Shown in pieces: positions 1 through 7,938 of a DNA stretch of 32,000 bases. The notes beneath the pieces were generated by a model. That model did no database searches, was not told the DNA's origin, and saw nothing but the letters and a program-made list of their open reading frames with translations. The translations under genes were made by a program, and so were the position numbers. Source of the DNA: Candidatus Nitrospira inopinata (GTDB lineage Bacteria > Nitrospirota > Nitrospiria > Nitrospirales > Nitrospiraceae); assembly GCF_001458695.1 (NCBI RefSeq), contig NZ_LN885086.1, positions 480,001-512,000 on the forward strand, given 5' to 3'. How positions within the stretch are numbered: the stretch's first letter is position 1; every line of letters begins with the position of its first letter.

Positions 1-125
1 ACGTTCGCACGATTCGGGCCCGCATGGCCGAGCTCGAACAGACGGCCAAGCCGCTGTCGGTCGCCCTGATGGACGATTCACTCAAACGAGGCTTGGAAGG
101 GAAGAGCCTGTCTGACCTGACGTGA
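1..125 (+). CDS. hscA: 3' end of Fe-S cluster chaperone HscA (partial, enters from left edge)
   Basis: Frame 3 reads ...RARMAELEQTAKPLSVALMDDSLKRGLEGKSLSDLT and stops at TGA 123-125. The tail resembles the E. coli HscA C-terminus (..RRMDQSVRRALKGHSVDEV) and lies directly upstream of iscX. Confidence 0.5.
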   Translation, partial: VRTIRARMAELEQTAKPLSVALMDDSLKRGLEGKSLSDLT

Positions 126-132
126 GGCACAG

Positions 133-345
133 ATGAACTTGAAATGGCAGGATGCCGAAGACATCGCGATTCGTTTGGCCGAAGAACATCCGGATACGGA
201 CCCCCTGACCGTTCGTTTTACCGATCTGCACGCCTGGGTCGTGGCCTTGCCGGAATTTACGGACGATCCCAAGAAATCCAACGAAAAGATTCTCGAAGCG
301 ATCCAAATGGCCTGGCACGAGGAGTATCAGGACTCGCGATCCTGA
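133..345 (+). CDS. iscX: Fe-S assembly protein IscX (YfhJ family)
   Basis: 70 aa. MNLKWQDAEDIAIRLAEEHPDTDPLTVRFTDLHAWV...DDPKKSNEKILEAIQMAW closely parallels the E. coli IscX pattern (LKW.D...I...L....PD.DP..VRFTD.H.W......F.DDP..SNEKILEAI...W). Confidence 0.85.
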   Translation: MNLKWQDAEDIAIRLAEEHPDTDPLTVRFTDLHAWVVALPEFTDDPKKSNEKILEAIQMAWHEEYQDSRS

Positions 346-348
346 CCG

Positions 349-2790
349 TCACAGGTCGTTTCCGTCGGTCGCCGACTGCCCTTCCGGAATCTGATCCAAC
401 TTGTAAAAATCCGTCGGATCGACGCGGCGGCGCGAAGCCTGCGTCGGCTCGCTGCCCTTGACAAAAAGCTCCACTGCTCCGCCGGAGTCCTCGCCGTCCT
501 GATCGTCCTCCAAGAAACCGGTCGATTCGTCGATTTTCACGAACGTGACGCCGTCGGGAATCTCAAAGGGCACGACGGGAAGCCGATTCAGGGCTTCTTT
601 CATGAAACCCGTCCAGATCGGCAGGGCCGCGCGGGCGCCGGTTTCGCCGCGGCCGAGCGAGCGGCGATCGTCAAACCCCACGTACACGCCGGCCACCAGG
701 TTGGGAGCGCCTCCGATGAACCAGGCGTTGATGTAGTCGTTCGTCGTCCCGGTCTTCCCCGCGATCGGACGATTCAAAACCCGCGCGGCCTGCCCCGTTC
801 CCTTTTGCACCACGTCTTCCATCATGTTGGTGATCAGGTAGGCCGTTTCCTTCGTCATGACCTCGCGCGGCGCCGGCTCGGCCGCTTCCAAGACCTGTCC
901 CGTATTATCGACCACCGATTTGATGGCGAACGGTTCCGCGCGAACGCCTTGGTTGAGAAAGACCCCGTACACCGCCGTCAGTTCCAACAGCCCGACGGAC
1001 GATGATCCCAGCCCCAAGGAAAGATCGGCCGGCAGCGAACTGGTCACTCCGACCGAGCGGGCGAAGTCGATGACGTTCTTGACACCCACCTTGTCGAGCA
1101 ACCGCACCGTCGCCAGATTGTGCGAGTGCGCCAAGGCGTCGCGCAACGTCACCAGACCGTGAAACTTCCGTTCATAGTTCTCGGGCTTCCAAATTTTGTC
1201 GTCTTCCATCTGTTCATAGACGACCGGGGCGTCGAGAATCCTGGTGCCCGGACTCAATCCTTGATTCATCGCGGTCGCGTAGATGAGCGGCTTGAACGCC
1301 GAACCCGGCTGCCGATGCGCCTGGACCGCCCGATTGTACTCGCTTCGCGAAAAATCGACGCCTCCGACCATGGCGCGAATCGCCCCGCTTCTCGGATCGA
1401 TCGCGATCAAGCCTCCTTCAACGAGCGGCACCTGTTCGAGCGTCAACTGAATCCCGTCCCTGCCGACCTTCTTGACCCCCACGTCGATGACGTCGCCGGG
1501 CTTTACAATCTGCCTGACATTGGAAACCATCACGAAATCAACCGCGGGGTCCGGTCCTTTCAGCACCCGCTTGGCCCACGCCATGTCGTCGAACGCCAAC
1601 CGTCCCGTCTCCGCTCCCACTTGGACCACGAAATGATCCTTCCCCGCTTTCACGACGATCCCTTCGACGATGTCGCCCGGACGAAGCGGCTTGTCGTAGG
1701 ACGCAAGCTGCGCGGGCTGGAGCGTGCCCAGATCCACGGTTCGCTTTGGACCTCGCCACCCCTGACGTTTGTCAAGCTCGCGAACCCCCGAGGCGAACGC
1801 CGCTTCCGCCGCCTTCTGCATGGCTACGTTCAACGTGGTGTGGACTTGCAGACCGCCCTTATACACCATGGTCTCCCCGTATTTCGCCATCAGTACTTGA
1901 CGGACGTATTCGACGAAATACGGAGCCAAATGCTCATTGCCCGGACGGTGAAAGATGAGGGTTTCGGCGGCGGCGGCTTCCCGCTCGGCCGCCGTGATGA
2001 ATCCGGCTTCCTGCATCCGGGCCAGCACGTGCTCTTGGCGTTTTTTCGCCCGTTCGTAGGCGGTGAAGGGGGAAAACCGACTGGGTGACTTGGGCAGCCC
2101 CGCCAAGAACGCCGCCTCCGCAAGCGTCAGTTTGGCGAGATCCTTTCCGAAGTACGACTGGGCCGCCGACGCCACGCCGTAAGCCCCTTGGCCGAAGTAA
2201 ATTTGATTCAGATAGGTTTCGAGAATCTGCTCTTTCCCCGTCACCGCCTCCATTTTATAGGCAAGAATCAATTCGCGGATCTTGCGTTCATACGAGCGCT
2301 CCGACGACAGAAACAACGACCGGGCCAACTGTTGCGTGATGGTGCTGGCCCCTTCGACCTTCCTCCCGCCGTGTCGGATATTCGTCCATGCCGCGCGCAA
2401 CATGCCGATGTAGTCCAACCCCGGATGGTCGAAAAACCGGGCGTCCTCCGTGGCGATCACGGCCTGGATCAGATGCGCGGGAATGCGGGTCAGCGGCGTC
2501 AAAATGCGGCGCTCGATGAAGAACTGGCCGATCGGTTGCCGATCGTCCGAATAGACGGTCGTCACCAGGCTGGGCTGATAGTTTTCGAGGAGATCAAGCG
2601 ACGGCAGGTCGCGGGAAAAGTACCAGATCACCCCTCCCACGGTCGTCGTTCCGGCGATCGCGCAGGCCAAGATCCCGATCAGCGCGAATTGCCACCAACG
2701 CGGGCCTCTCTTCGCCGAACCGGGCGGTCTCCCGCGCCGGCGCGAACCAGGCCGTTCTTGAATTTCTATGAATCGATCATCGCCTGGCAT
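349..2790 (-). CDS. mrcA: Penicillin-binding protein 1A (bifunctional glycosyltransferase/transpeptidase)
   Basis: 813 aa with an N-terminal membrane anchor. GT51 motifs are present (ATEDARFFDHPGLD, GASTITQQLAR, RKIRE). Transpeptidase motifs are present (SAFKP, KTGTTND). Confidence 0.9.
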   Translation of the reverse strand: MPGDDRFIEIQERPGSRRRGRPPGSAKRGPRWWQFALIGILACAIAGTTTVGGVIWYFSRDLPSLDLLENYQPSLVTTVYSDDRQPIGQFFIERRILTPLTRIPAHLIQAVIATEDARFFDHPGLDYIGMLRAAWTNIRHGGRKVEGASTITQQLARSLFLSSERSYERKIRELILAYKMEAVTGKEQILETYLNQIYFGQGAYGVASAAQSYFGKDLAKLTLAEAAFLAGLPKSPSRFSPFTAYERAKKRQEHVLARMQEAGFITAAEREAAAAETLIFHRPGNEHLAPYFVEYVRQVLMAKYGETMVYKGGLQVHTTLNVAMQKAAEAAFASGVRELDKRQGWRGPKRTVDLGTLQPAQLASYDKPLRPGDIVEGIVVKAGKDHFVVQVGAETGRLAFDDMAWAKRVLKGPDPAVDFVMVSNVRQIVKPGDVIDVGVKKVGRDGIQLTLEQVPLVEGGLIAIDPRSGAIRAMVGGVDFSRSEYNRAVQAHRQPGSAFKPLIYATAMNQGLSPGTRILDAPVVYEQMEDDKIWKPENYERKFHGLVTLRDALAHSHNLATVRLLDKVGVKNVIDFARSVGVTSSLPADLSLGLGSSSVGLLELTAVYGVFLNQGVRAEPFAIKSVVDNTGQVLEAAEPAPREVMTKETAYLITNMMEDVVQKGTGQAARVLNRPIAGKTGTTNDYINAWFIGGAPNLVAGVYVGFDDRRSLGRGETGARAALPIWTGFMKEALNRLPVVPFEIPDGVTFVKIDESTGFLEDDQDGEDSGGAVELFVKGSEPTQASRRRVDPTDFYKLDQIPEGQSATDGNDL

Positions 2791-2925
2791 GGAATCGCGA
2801 CTCCCGGAGGAACGGTGACGTCCGAAGGCGGCCTTCTCACCTTACAACGCACCCCTCCAAAACTCAAGTTCGCCTGATGAAGACGGCATCGAAGGATCCG
2901 CACGGTCCGCGACGGACGGAGCACC

Positions 2926-2954
2926 TTGTGCAGGGCCGGCCCATGCGGTATACT
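2926..2954 (+). promoter_or_regulatory. Sigma70-type promoter candidate (TTGTGC-17 nt-TATACT) in the divergent mrcA/typA intergenic region
   Basis: -35 TTGTGC at 2926-2931 and -10 TATACT at 2949-2954, with exactly 17 nt between them. It faces typA. Confidence 0.4.
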
Positions 2955-2960
2955 GGCTCC

Positions 2961-2990
2961 GACGCCCGATAAGCGGGGCGTCTTTTTTTT
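2961..2990 (+). terminator. Intrinsic-terminator-like hairpin plus T8 in the typA leader
   Basis: GACGCCC (2961-2967) pairs with GGGCGTC (2976-2982) around an 8-nt loop, followed by TTTTTTTT (2983-2990). There is no upstream + strand gene for it to terminate. Confidence 0.45.
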
Positions 2991-3009
2991 GCCCAAATTT
3001 TTGCCCAAA
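2986..3009 (+). repeat. Perfect tandem 12-mer TTTTTGCCCAAA x2
   Basis: 2986-2997 and 2998-3009 are identical. The repeat ends 5 nt before the first typA ATG and overlaps the T-tract of the hairpin. Confidence 0.8.
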
Positions 3010-3013
3010 CGGA

Positions 3014-4882
3014 ATGATGAACTCCATGTCGCAACCACTTGTTTCCCCCAACCACCGCCACGATATTCGGAACGTCGCCATTATCGCCCACGTCGATCAC
3101 GGCAAGACCACGCTCGTCGACGCCGTTCTTCGCCAAACCAGAGTCCACCGAAAAATCGACGAAATGGGCGAGCGGATCATGGACTCCATGGACCAAGAGC
3201 GCGAGCGCGGCATCACGATCCGGGCCAAGAACGCCAGCGTCCTGTACAACGGCGTCAAGATCAACATCGTCGACACGCCGGGCCACGCCGACTTCGGCGG
3301 CGAAGTCGAACGAACGCTTCGCATGGTGGACGGGGTCCTGCTCCTGATCGACGCCAAGGAAGGCCCCATGCCGCAGACCACCTTCGTGCTGCGCAAGGCC
3401 CTGGCGCTCGGGCACAAAGCCGTCGTCGTCATCAACAAGATCGACCGGCCTGACGCCATGATCGACGACGTCGTCAACCGGACGTTCGATCTCTTCGTGC
3501 ACTTGGGCGCCACAGACGAGCAACTCGACTTTCCGATCGTCTACACGTCCGCCCTCAAAGGAATCGCCACGCTCGACGTCAACAAGCCTGGCAATAACAT
3601 CGCGCCGCTGCTCGACACGGTGTTGGAACAGATTCCCGCCCCGACCGTCAACGCCGGATCGCCGCTCCAAATCCTGGTGCTGGCGCTCGCGCATGATCCG
3701 TACAAGGGCAAGCTCGGCATCGGCAAAATTCAATCGGGCTCGATCGCCCGACGCCAGAACGTGCTGGTCCTGGGAAAGGACGGATCAAAACTCCCCGGCA
3801 AGGTCTCCGACCTCGCGGTCTATTCGGGCCTCGATCGAGTGGACACGGAACGGGCCGAGGCGGGAGAGATCGTCGCCGTGGCGGGACTCGACGACGTCGG
3901 CATCGGCGACACCATCGCCGACGCCGAACAGCCGGTCGCCCTCCCCCGCGTCACGATCGACGAGCCGACCGTGCAAATGACCTTTTCCGTGAACAACAGC
4001 CCCTTCGCCGGGCGGGAAGGGAAGTTTCTCACGTCGCGCCACCTGCGGGAACGGCTCTTCAAGGAGCTGGAAACCAACGTCTCGCTGCGGGTCGGCGAGA
4101 CGGACAGCGCCGACCGCTTTCTCGTGGCCGGACGCGGCGAGCTGCACCTGGCCGTCTTGATCGAACAGATGCGGCGGGAAGGCTACGAGCTGCAAGTCTC
4201 CCAGCCGGAAGTCATTCTCCGTCGAGAGGGCGACCGGCTCATGGAGCCCTACGAAGAATTGACCGTCCAGGTGCCGGACATCTATCAAGGGGCCGTGATC
4301 GAAGAAATCGGCAAGCGGCGCGGCGCCATGCGGAACATGAAACTCATCCATTCCGACGTCGGAGCCGGCGAGCTTCACTTGGAATACGACATTCCCACAC
4401 GCGGCATCATGGGTTTGAAAAACGTCCTCATGGCCAAGACGCGGGGCACGGTCATTCTGCACCACGTGTTCACAGACTATAAGCCGGCGCAGGAACAGGA
4501 TCTGCTCATCGCCCCCCACGGATCCCTTTGCGCGTTCGAGGACGGCACCAGCACGGCCTATGCGCTGTTCATGGCGCAGGAACGGGGAGAGCTGTTCATC
4601 GGTCCGGGCGTCGAAGTCTACCGGGGGATGATCGTCGGCCAAAACAGCCGGGACGAGGACTTGGACGTCAACGTGTGCAAGGAGAAGCATCTGACGAACA
4701 TGCGGGCCTCCGGCTCCGACGAGGCGTTGATTCTTACCCCGCCTCGGGAGCTCACGCTGGAATTCGCGCTGGAATACATCGGGGCCGACGAACTCGTGGA
4801 GGTCACACCCAAGAGCCTGCGGCTTCGCAAGCGGCTTTTGAATCCCGAAGACCGGCGCAAAGCCAAAAAAGCGGGGAAATGA
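3014..4882 (+). CDS. typA: Translational GTPase TypA/BipA
   Basis: 622 aa. IRNVAIIAHVDHGKTTLVD (G1), DTPGHADFGGEVER (G3) and NKIDR (G4) are present, with an EF-G-like domain layout. The start is ambiguous among ATG 3014, 3017 and 3026. Confidence 0.92.
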   Translation: MMNSMSQPLVSPNHRHDIRNVAIIAHVDHGKTTLVDAVLRQTRVHRKIDEMGERIMDSMDQERERGITIRAKNASVLYNGVKINIVDTPGHADFGGEVERTLRMVDGVLLLIDAKEGPMPQTTFVLRKALALGHKAVVVINKIDRPDAMIDDVVNRTFDLFVHLGATDEQLDFPIVYTSALKGIATLDVNKPGNNIAPLLDTVLEQIPAPTVNAGSPLQILVLALAHDPYKGKLGIGKIQSGSIARRQNVLVLGKDGSKLPGKVSDLAVYSGLDRVDTERAEAGEIVAVAGLDDVGIGDTIADAEQPVALPRVTIDEPTVQMTFSVNNSPFAGREGKFLTSRHLRERLFKELETNVSLRVGETDSADRFLVAGRGELHLAVLIEQMRREGYELQVSQPEVILRREGDRLMEPYEELTVQVPDIYQGAVIEEIGKRRGAMRNMKLIHSDVGAGELHLEYDIPTRGIMGLKNVLMAKTRGTVILHHVFTDYKPAQEQDLLIAPHGSLCAFEDGTSTAYALFMAQERGELFIGPGVEVYRGMIVGQNSRDEDLDVNVCKEKHLTNMRASGSDEALILTPPRELTLEFALEYIGADELVEVTPKSLRLRKRLLNPEDRRKAKKAGK

Positions 4883-4949
4883 CGCCGTGCTCGCCACCCT
4901 GATCCGCAAAGACAACGTGACACAAGATAGATAAGCGAAGGCCCATACG

Positions 4950-5702
4950 ATGAGGATCCGCAAAAAAACGCCCAAACCCTCAGCCAAGCGTCCTCCCCTC
5001 TACTTCATTGGCTACCGCGGAACGGCTCCTTCCGCGGAAGAGATCAAAGTCTGGTACGAGCAAACATACGGTGGGCCGTTGGCGCTTCGCCACGAAGAGG
5101 GCGCGCCCGAATCCTGGCAGGCCACCCATGGCCCCTGGTCGGCCTACGTCGTCATGCCCCTGCCGGCCAGCCACGCGGACGAGCTTATGAAGCAATTGGC
5201 GTGGGAGCATGAGCTGATGGGCGCCGTGGCTCCTCCCGTTTCGACGCCGCGAGAGACGTCGGACACGGTGCTGTTCGCCACCCGCCTGGCGCGAGGGCTG
5301 ACCCTCCTCTCGCAGGGGACCGCCTATGACGTCACCACGCAAACCTACCGTAATCCCTCGGATTGGCAAGATCGGCCCCTCACCGAATTCGTTCTGGACG
5401 ATCATCTGACTCTGACGCATGACGACACATCGAGACCGGATCATGTGTGGTCCTATTCGCTGGGGCTGAGCAAATTCGGCTTGGATGAACTTGAAACCTG
5501 GCAGCACAAAGGGCTTCCCGAACAGACCGCCCGGGAACTCCTGACCGAATCGGCCCGCGAATTGCTCCGCCTGGGGCAATCGCCCAAAGTCGGGACGGAC
5601 CTCTTTCTCCCTCTGCTGGGCCGCGCCGTTCGAATCGTCAACTATCGCACGGCGGCCCCGGCGGGGCGCATGCTCGGCTTCCGAGAGCTGCGCGTCGGGT
5701 GA
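4950..5702 (+). CDS. Hypothetical protein (no family recognised)
   Basis: 250-aa ORF that fills the gap between typA and the peroxiredoxin on the same strand. No motif was recognised. The long ORF on the opposite strand looks like a GC artefact. Confidence 0.55.
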   Translation: MRIRKKTPKPSAKRPPLYFIGYRGTAPSAEEIKVWYEQTYGGPLALRHEEGAPESWQATHGPWSAYVVMPLPASHADELMKQLAWEHELMGAVAPPVSTPRETSDTVLFATRLARGLTLLSQGTAYDVTTQTYRNPSDWQDRPLTEFVLDDHLTLTHDDTSRPDHVWSYSLGLSKFGLDELETWQHKGLPEQTARELLTESARELLRLGQSPKVGTDLFLPLLGRAVRIVNYRTAAPAGRMLGFRELRVG

Positions 5703-5876
5703 CAACTCTGCTCGCACCATCGCCCCCTGTTTCATTTCACGCAGCTTGCCCCCACCTCTAGGCCTTCAGGCCCGTTGACAACCCTTGAAGACGCGGGGTA
5801 CAAGGTCTGTCCGGGGAGGGATCTCGGATTTCACACATCGTCAACATTCAGCGACGCTTACAAAGGAGGGCCGGAG

Positions 5877-6347
5877 ATGAGCGACGTAGCGCAGGAAATC
5901 AAGGTCGGCGACACCGCGCCGGATTTTACGTTAAAGGATCAAGATCAGAAGGACGTCAAACTCAGCGACTATCGCGGCAAGAAAAACGTGGTGCTGTGCT
6001 TCTATCCGCTGGACTGGAGCCCGGTCTGCCACGGGGAAAACAAATGTTTGTCGGACGATTTCCCCAAGTTTGAATCCGCCAATGCCGAGCTGTTCGGCGT
6101 CAGTTGCGACAGCTTCTTCTCACACAAGGCCTGGGCCGATTCTCTCGGACTTCGGCACCGGCTCCTTGCCGACATGCACCGGACGGTCTGCAAGTCCTAT
6201 GGACTGTACTTTGAGCCGCTGAACTGCTCCAAGCGCGCAACCGTGATCGTCGACAAGAACGGCAAGGTCGCCTACGTGAAGGTGCAGGAAATTAAAACGG
6301 CCCGGGAAGACAAGGAAATTCTCGACGCTCTCGCCAAGCTCAATTAG
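5877..6347 (+). CDS. Peroxiredoxin (AhpC/TSA family, AhpE/Bcp-like)
   Basis: [51 protein letters not shown]... is a typical Prx N-terminus with a peroxidatic Cys. ATG 5877 is preceded by AAAGGAGGG. The track ORF starts at TTG 5775, which is probably too far upstream. Confidence 0.85.
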   Translation: MSDVAQEIKVGDTAPDFTLKDQDQKDVKLSDYRGKKNVVLCFYPLDWSPVCHGENKCLSDDFPKFESANAELFGVSCDSFFSHKAWADSLGLRHRLLADMHRTVCKSYGLYFEPLNCSKRATVIVDKNGKVAYVKVQEIKTAREDKEILDALAKLN

Positions 6348-6367
6348 TATCGTCGTGTTCCCGCTCG

Positions 6368-6396
6368 GGACGTACGGGGCGCGGCCCCGTGCGTCC
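6368..6396 (+). terminator. 13-bp stem-loop downstream of the peroxiredoxin gene
   Basis: GGACGTACGGGGC (6368-6380) pairs with GCCCCGTGCGTCC (6384-6396) with one G-U wobble and a 3-nt loop. Only TT follows, so it is a weak terminator or an RNA-stabilising hairpin. Confidence 0.35.
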
Positions 6397-6448
6397 TTGA
6401 GCCCGGGCAAACTCATGCGACCCAACGTCGCGCATCGCCGATCACGAT

Positions 6449-6778
6449 ATGAGCACCGTTCTTGACGTCAGCGACGAGAACTACAAGGAGTTTACCGACA
6501 GCTCCGGCGCCGTCGTGGCCTATGGTCTGGCCACCTGCGAGCCTTGCCAAGCCTATGATCCCATCTTGGAAGGCATCGCAGCCAAGTTTCCTTCCATCAA
6601 GGTCGGCAAGGCCAAGATGCACGTCCCGGGTCGTTGTCGCGAGATCAAGCGGACCCACTCGTTCGAGACCTACCCCACCACCCACTTTTTTGCCGGCGGG
6701 AAGCTGCTCCTGACCCGCGAAGGCATCGTCGAGCCGGCTGAATTGGCCGAACTTATTACGGCCCTCTTGTTAAAGTAA
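6449..6778 (+). CDS. Thioredoxin-like protein (CxxC = CEPC)
   Basis: 109 aa. The layout VVAYGLATCEPCQAYDPILEGIA...V....-...YPT..FF.GG is that of a thioredoxin fold. It lies downstream of the peroxiredoxin. Confidence 0.7.
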   Translation: MSTVLDVSDENYKEFTDSSGAVVAYGLATCEPCQAYDPILEGIAAKFPSIKVGKAKMHVPGRCREIKRTHSFETYPTTHFFAGGKLLLTREGIVEPAELAELITALLLK

Positions 6779-6802
6779 TTCCATAATTCTCTCACGAAGA
6801 CT

Positions 6803-6833
6803 TTGACAATTTGCCCACCATACCGGATAAGAT
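6803..6833 (+). promoter_or_regulatory. Possible sigma70 promoter upstream of the secreted-protein pair
   Basis: TTGACA at 6803-6808. Candidate -10 boxes are GATAAG (17-nt spacer) or TAAGAT (19-nt spacer). AGGAGG precedes ATG 6915. Confidence 0.3.
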
Positions 6834-6914
6834 GTTCTGACGAGAGGCGCCCCAGGCCGGAGAAATGCCTCGCGTCTTTGACTCATCGATGATCGGCGTG
6901 AAGGAGGCCCTTGC

Positions 6915-7403
6915 ATGAAAAGAACGATGACCGGCCTGGTCGCGGCGATGGCGCTGGCCGTAACGGTGCCGGGTTGGGCGCACACGGACGAATATTTTGA
7001 ATTTGTCGATGCTCCGCATGGCGGGCAGTTGCGCATGACGGGGCCGTTTCACCTGGAGCTGGTCGCCAAAGAAGGCAACCTCACCGTGTACGTCACGGAC
7101 CACGCCGACAACAGAATCAGCGTGGAAGGCGGCCTCGCCAAGGCGACCATTGAGACGGGAGGGACCAGAACGCAGGTGCACCTCCATCCCATCGGCAACA
7201 ACGTCCTCAAAGGGTCCGGATCATTCGTCCTCACGCCGGAGACGGTCGTCATCGTGTTCCTGAAATTGCCGAATCAAGACGGCTATGCCGCCCGTTTCAT
7301 GCCGTTGAAACCGAAGACCGCCTTCACCGGACAGCAACCCAAAGGGGGAGCTTCATCGTCGGACGAGGAGCATCACCACCATCATCATCCACCGAAACGC
7401 TGA
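6915..7403 (+). CDS. Secreted protein of unknown function with C-terminal His6 (paralogue 1)
   Basis: 162 aa with a signal peptide MKRTMTGLVAAMALAVTVPGWA. The core is HGGQ..GPFHLELVAKEGNLTVYVTDHADN and the tail is ...DEEHHHHHHPPKR. The RBS is GAAGGAGG. Confidence 0.7.
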   Translation: MKRTMTGLVAAMALAVTVPGWAHTDEYFEFVDAPHGGQLRMTGPFHLELVAKEGNLTVYVTDHADNRISVEGGLAKATIETGGTRTQVHLHPIGNNVLKGSGSFVLTPETVVIVFLKLPNQDGYAARFMPLKPKTAFTGQQPKGGASSSDEEHHHHHHPPKR

Positions 7404-7428
7404 CGGTCCCTGTGACGGAGCATCGACC

Positions 7429-7899
7429 ATGAAAAAACATTTGCCGGGACTTCTCGTCCTCCTTGCCGCGGCGGTATTCTCAACGCCGGCGGACGCGCAC
7501 AAGCAAGAGAAGAGAAAGCACGTCGAACCCGTGAAGGCCTATCACGGCGGGCAGGCGCAGGAAGCGGGGCCCTATCACCTGGAGCTGGTCGCCAAGGACG
7601 GAGAACTGACGCTGTACGTCGCGGACCATGATGACAAGGCCGTGTCCACGGCAGGCGGCAAGGCCAAGGCCACGATTCAGCGTGGATACGAGAAAACTTC
7701 GCGAGTCGAAGTGGATCTGCAACCGGCCGGAGACAACCTGTTAAAAGGAACGGGGACCTTTACGATCAATCACGATACCAAGATCATGATCTTCATCAAA
7801 CTGCCCGACCACGAAGCCCACGCCGCGTCGTTCGCCCCGTCCGGCGCCCAGGCTGGAGACATGCGTCCAAACAACGCGGCCTCCTCGCACAAACACTGA
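7429..7899 (+). CDS. Secreted protein of unknown function (paralogue 2 of 6915-7403)
   Basis: 156 aa with a signal peptide. It shares the blocks YHGGQ, GPYHLELVAKDGELTLYVADHDDK, GGKAKATI, GDNLLKGTGTF and IFIKLPD with the upstream gene. Confidence 0.7.
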   Translation: MKKHLPGLLVLLAAAVFSTPADAHKQEKRKHVEPVKAYHGGQAQEAGPYHLELVAKDGELTLYVADHDDKAVSTAGGKAKATIQRGYEKTSRVEVDLQPAGDNLLKGTGTFTINHDTKIMIFIKLPDHEAHAASFAPSGAQAGDMRPNNAASSHKH

Positions 7900-7901
7900 T
7901 C

Positions 7902-7925
7902 GGCAACCGGCGCCGCTCGGTTGCC
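7902..7925. terminator. Hairpin between convergent genes at the left edge of the island
   Basis: GGCAACCG (7902-7909) pairs with CGGTTGCC (7918-7925) around an 8-nt loop. It lies between the stop of 7429-7899 (+) and the stop of res (-). There is no clear U-tract on either strand. Confidence 0.3.
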
Positions 7926-7938
7926 AACCAGACATCTT

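Noticed and set aside
5775-5876. TTG 5775 as the peroxiredoxin start (190-aa version).
   Set aside because: ATG 5877 has a strong AAAGGAGGG RBS and gives a canonical Prx N-terminus. The TTGACA at 5775-5780 is more plausibly a -35 box, with only a weak -10, so it is not listed as a feature.
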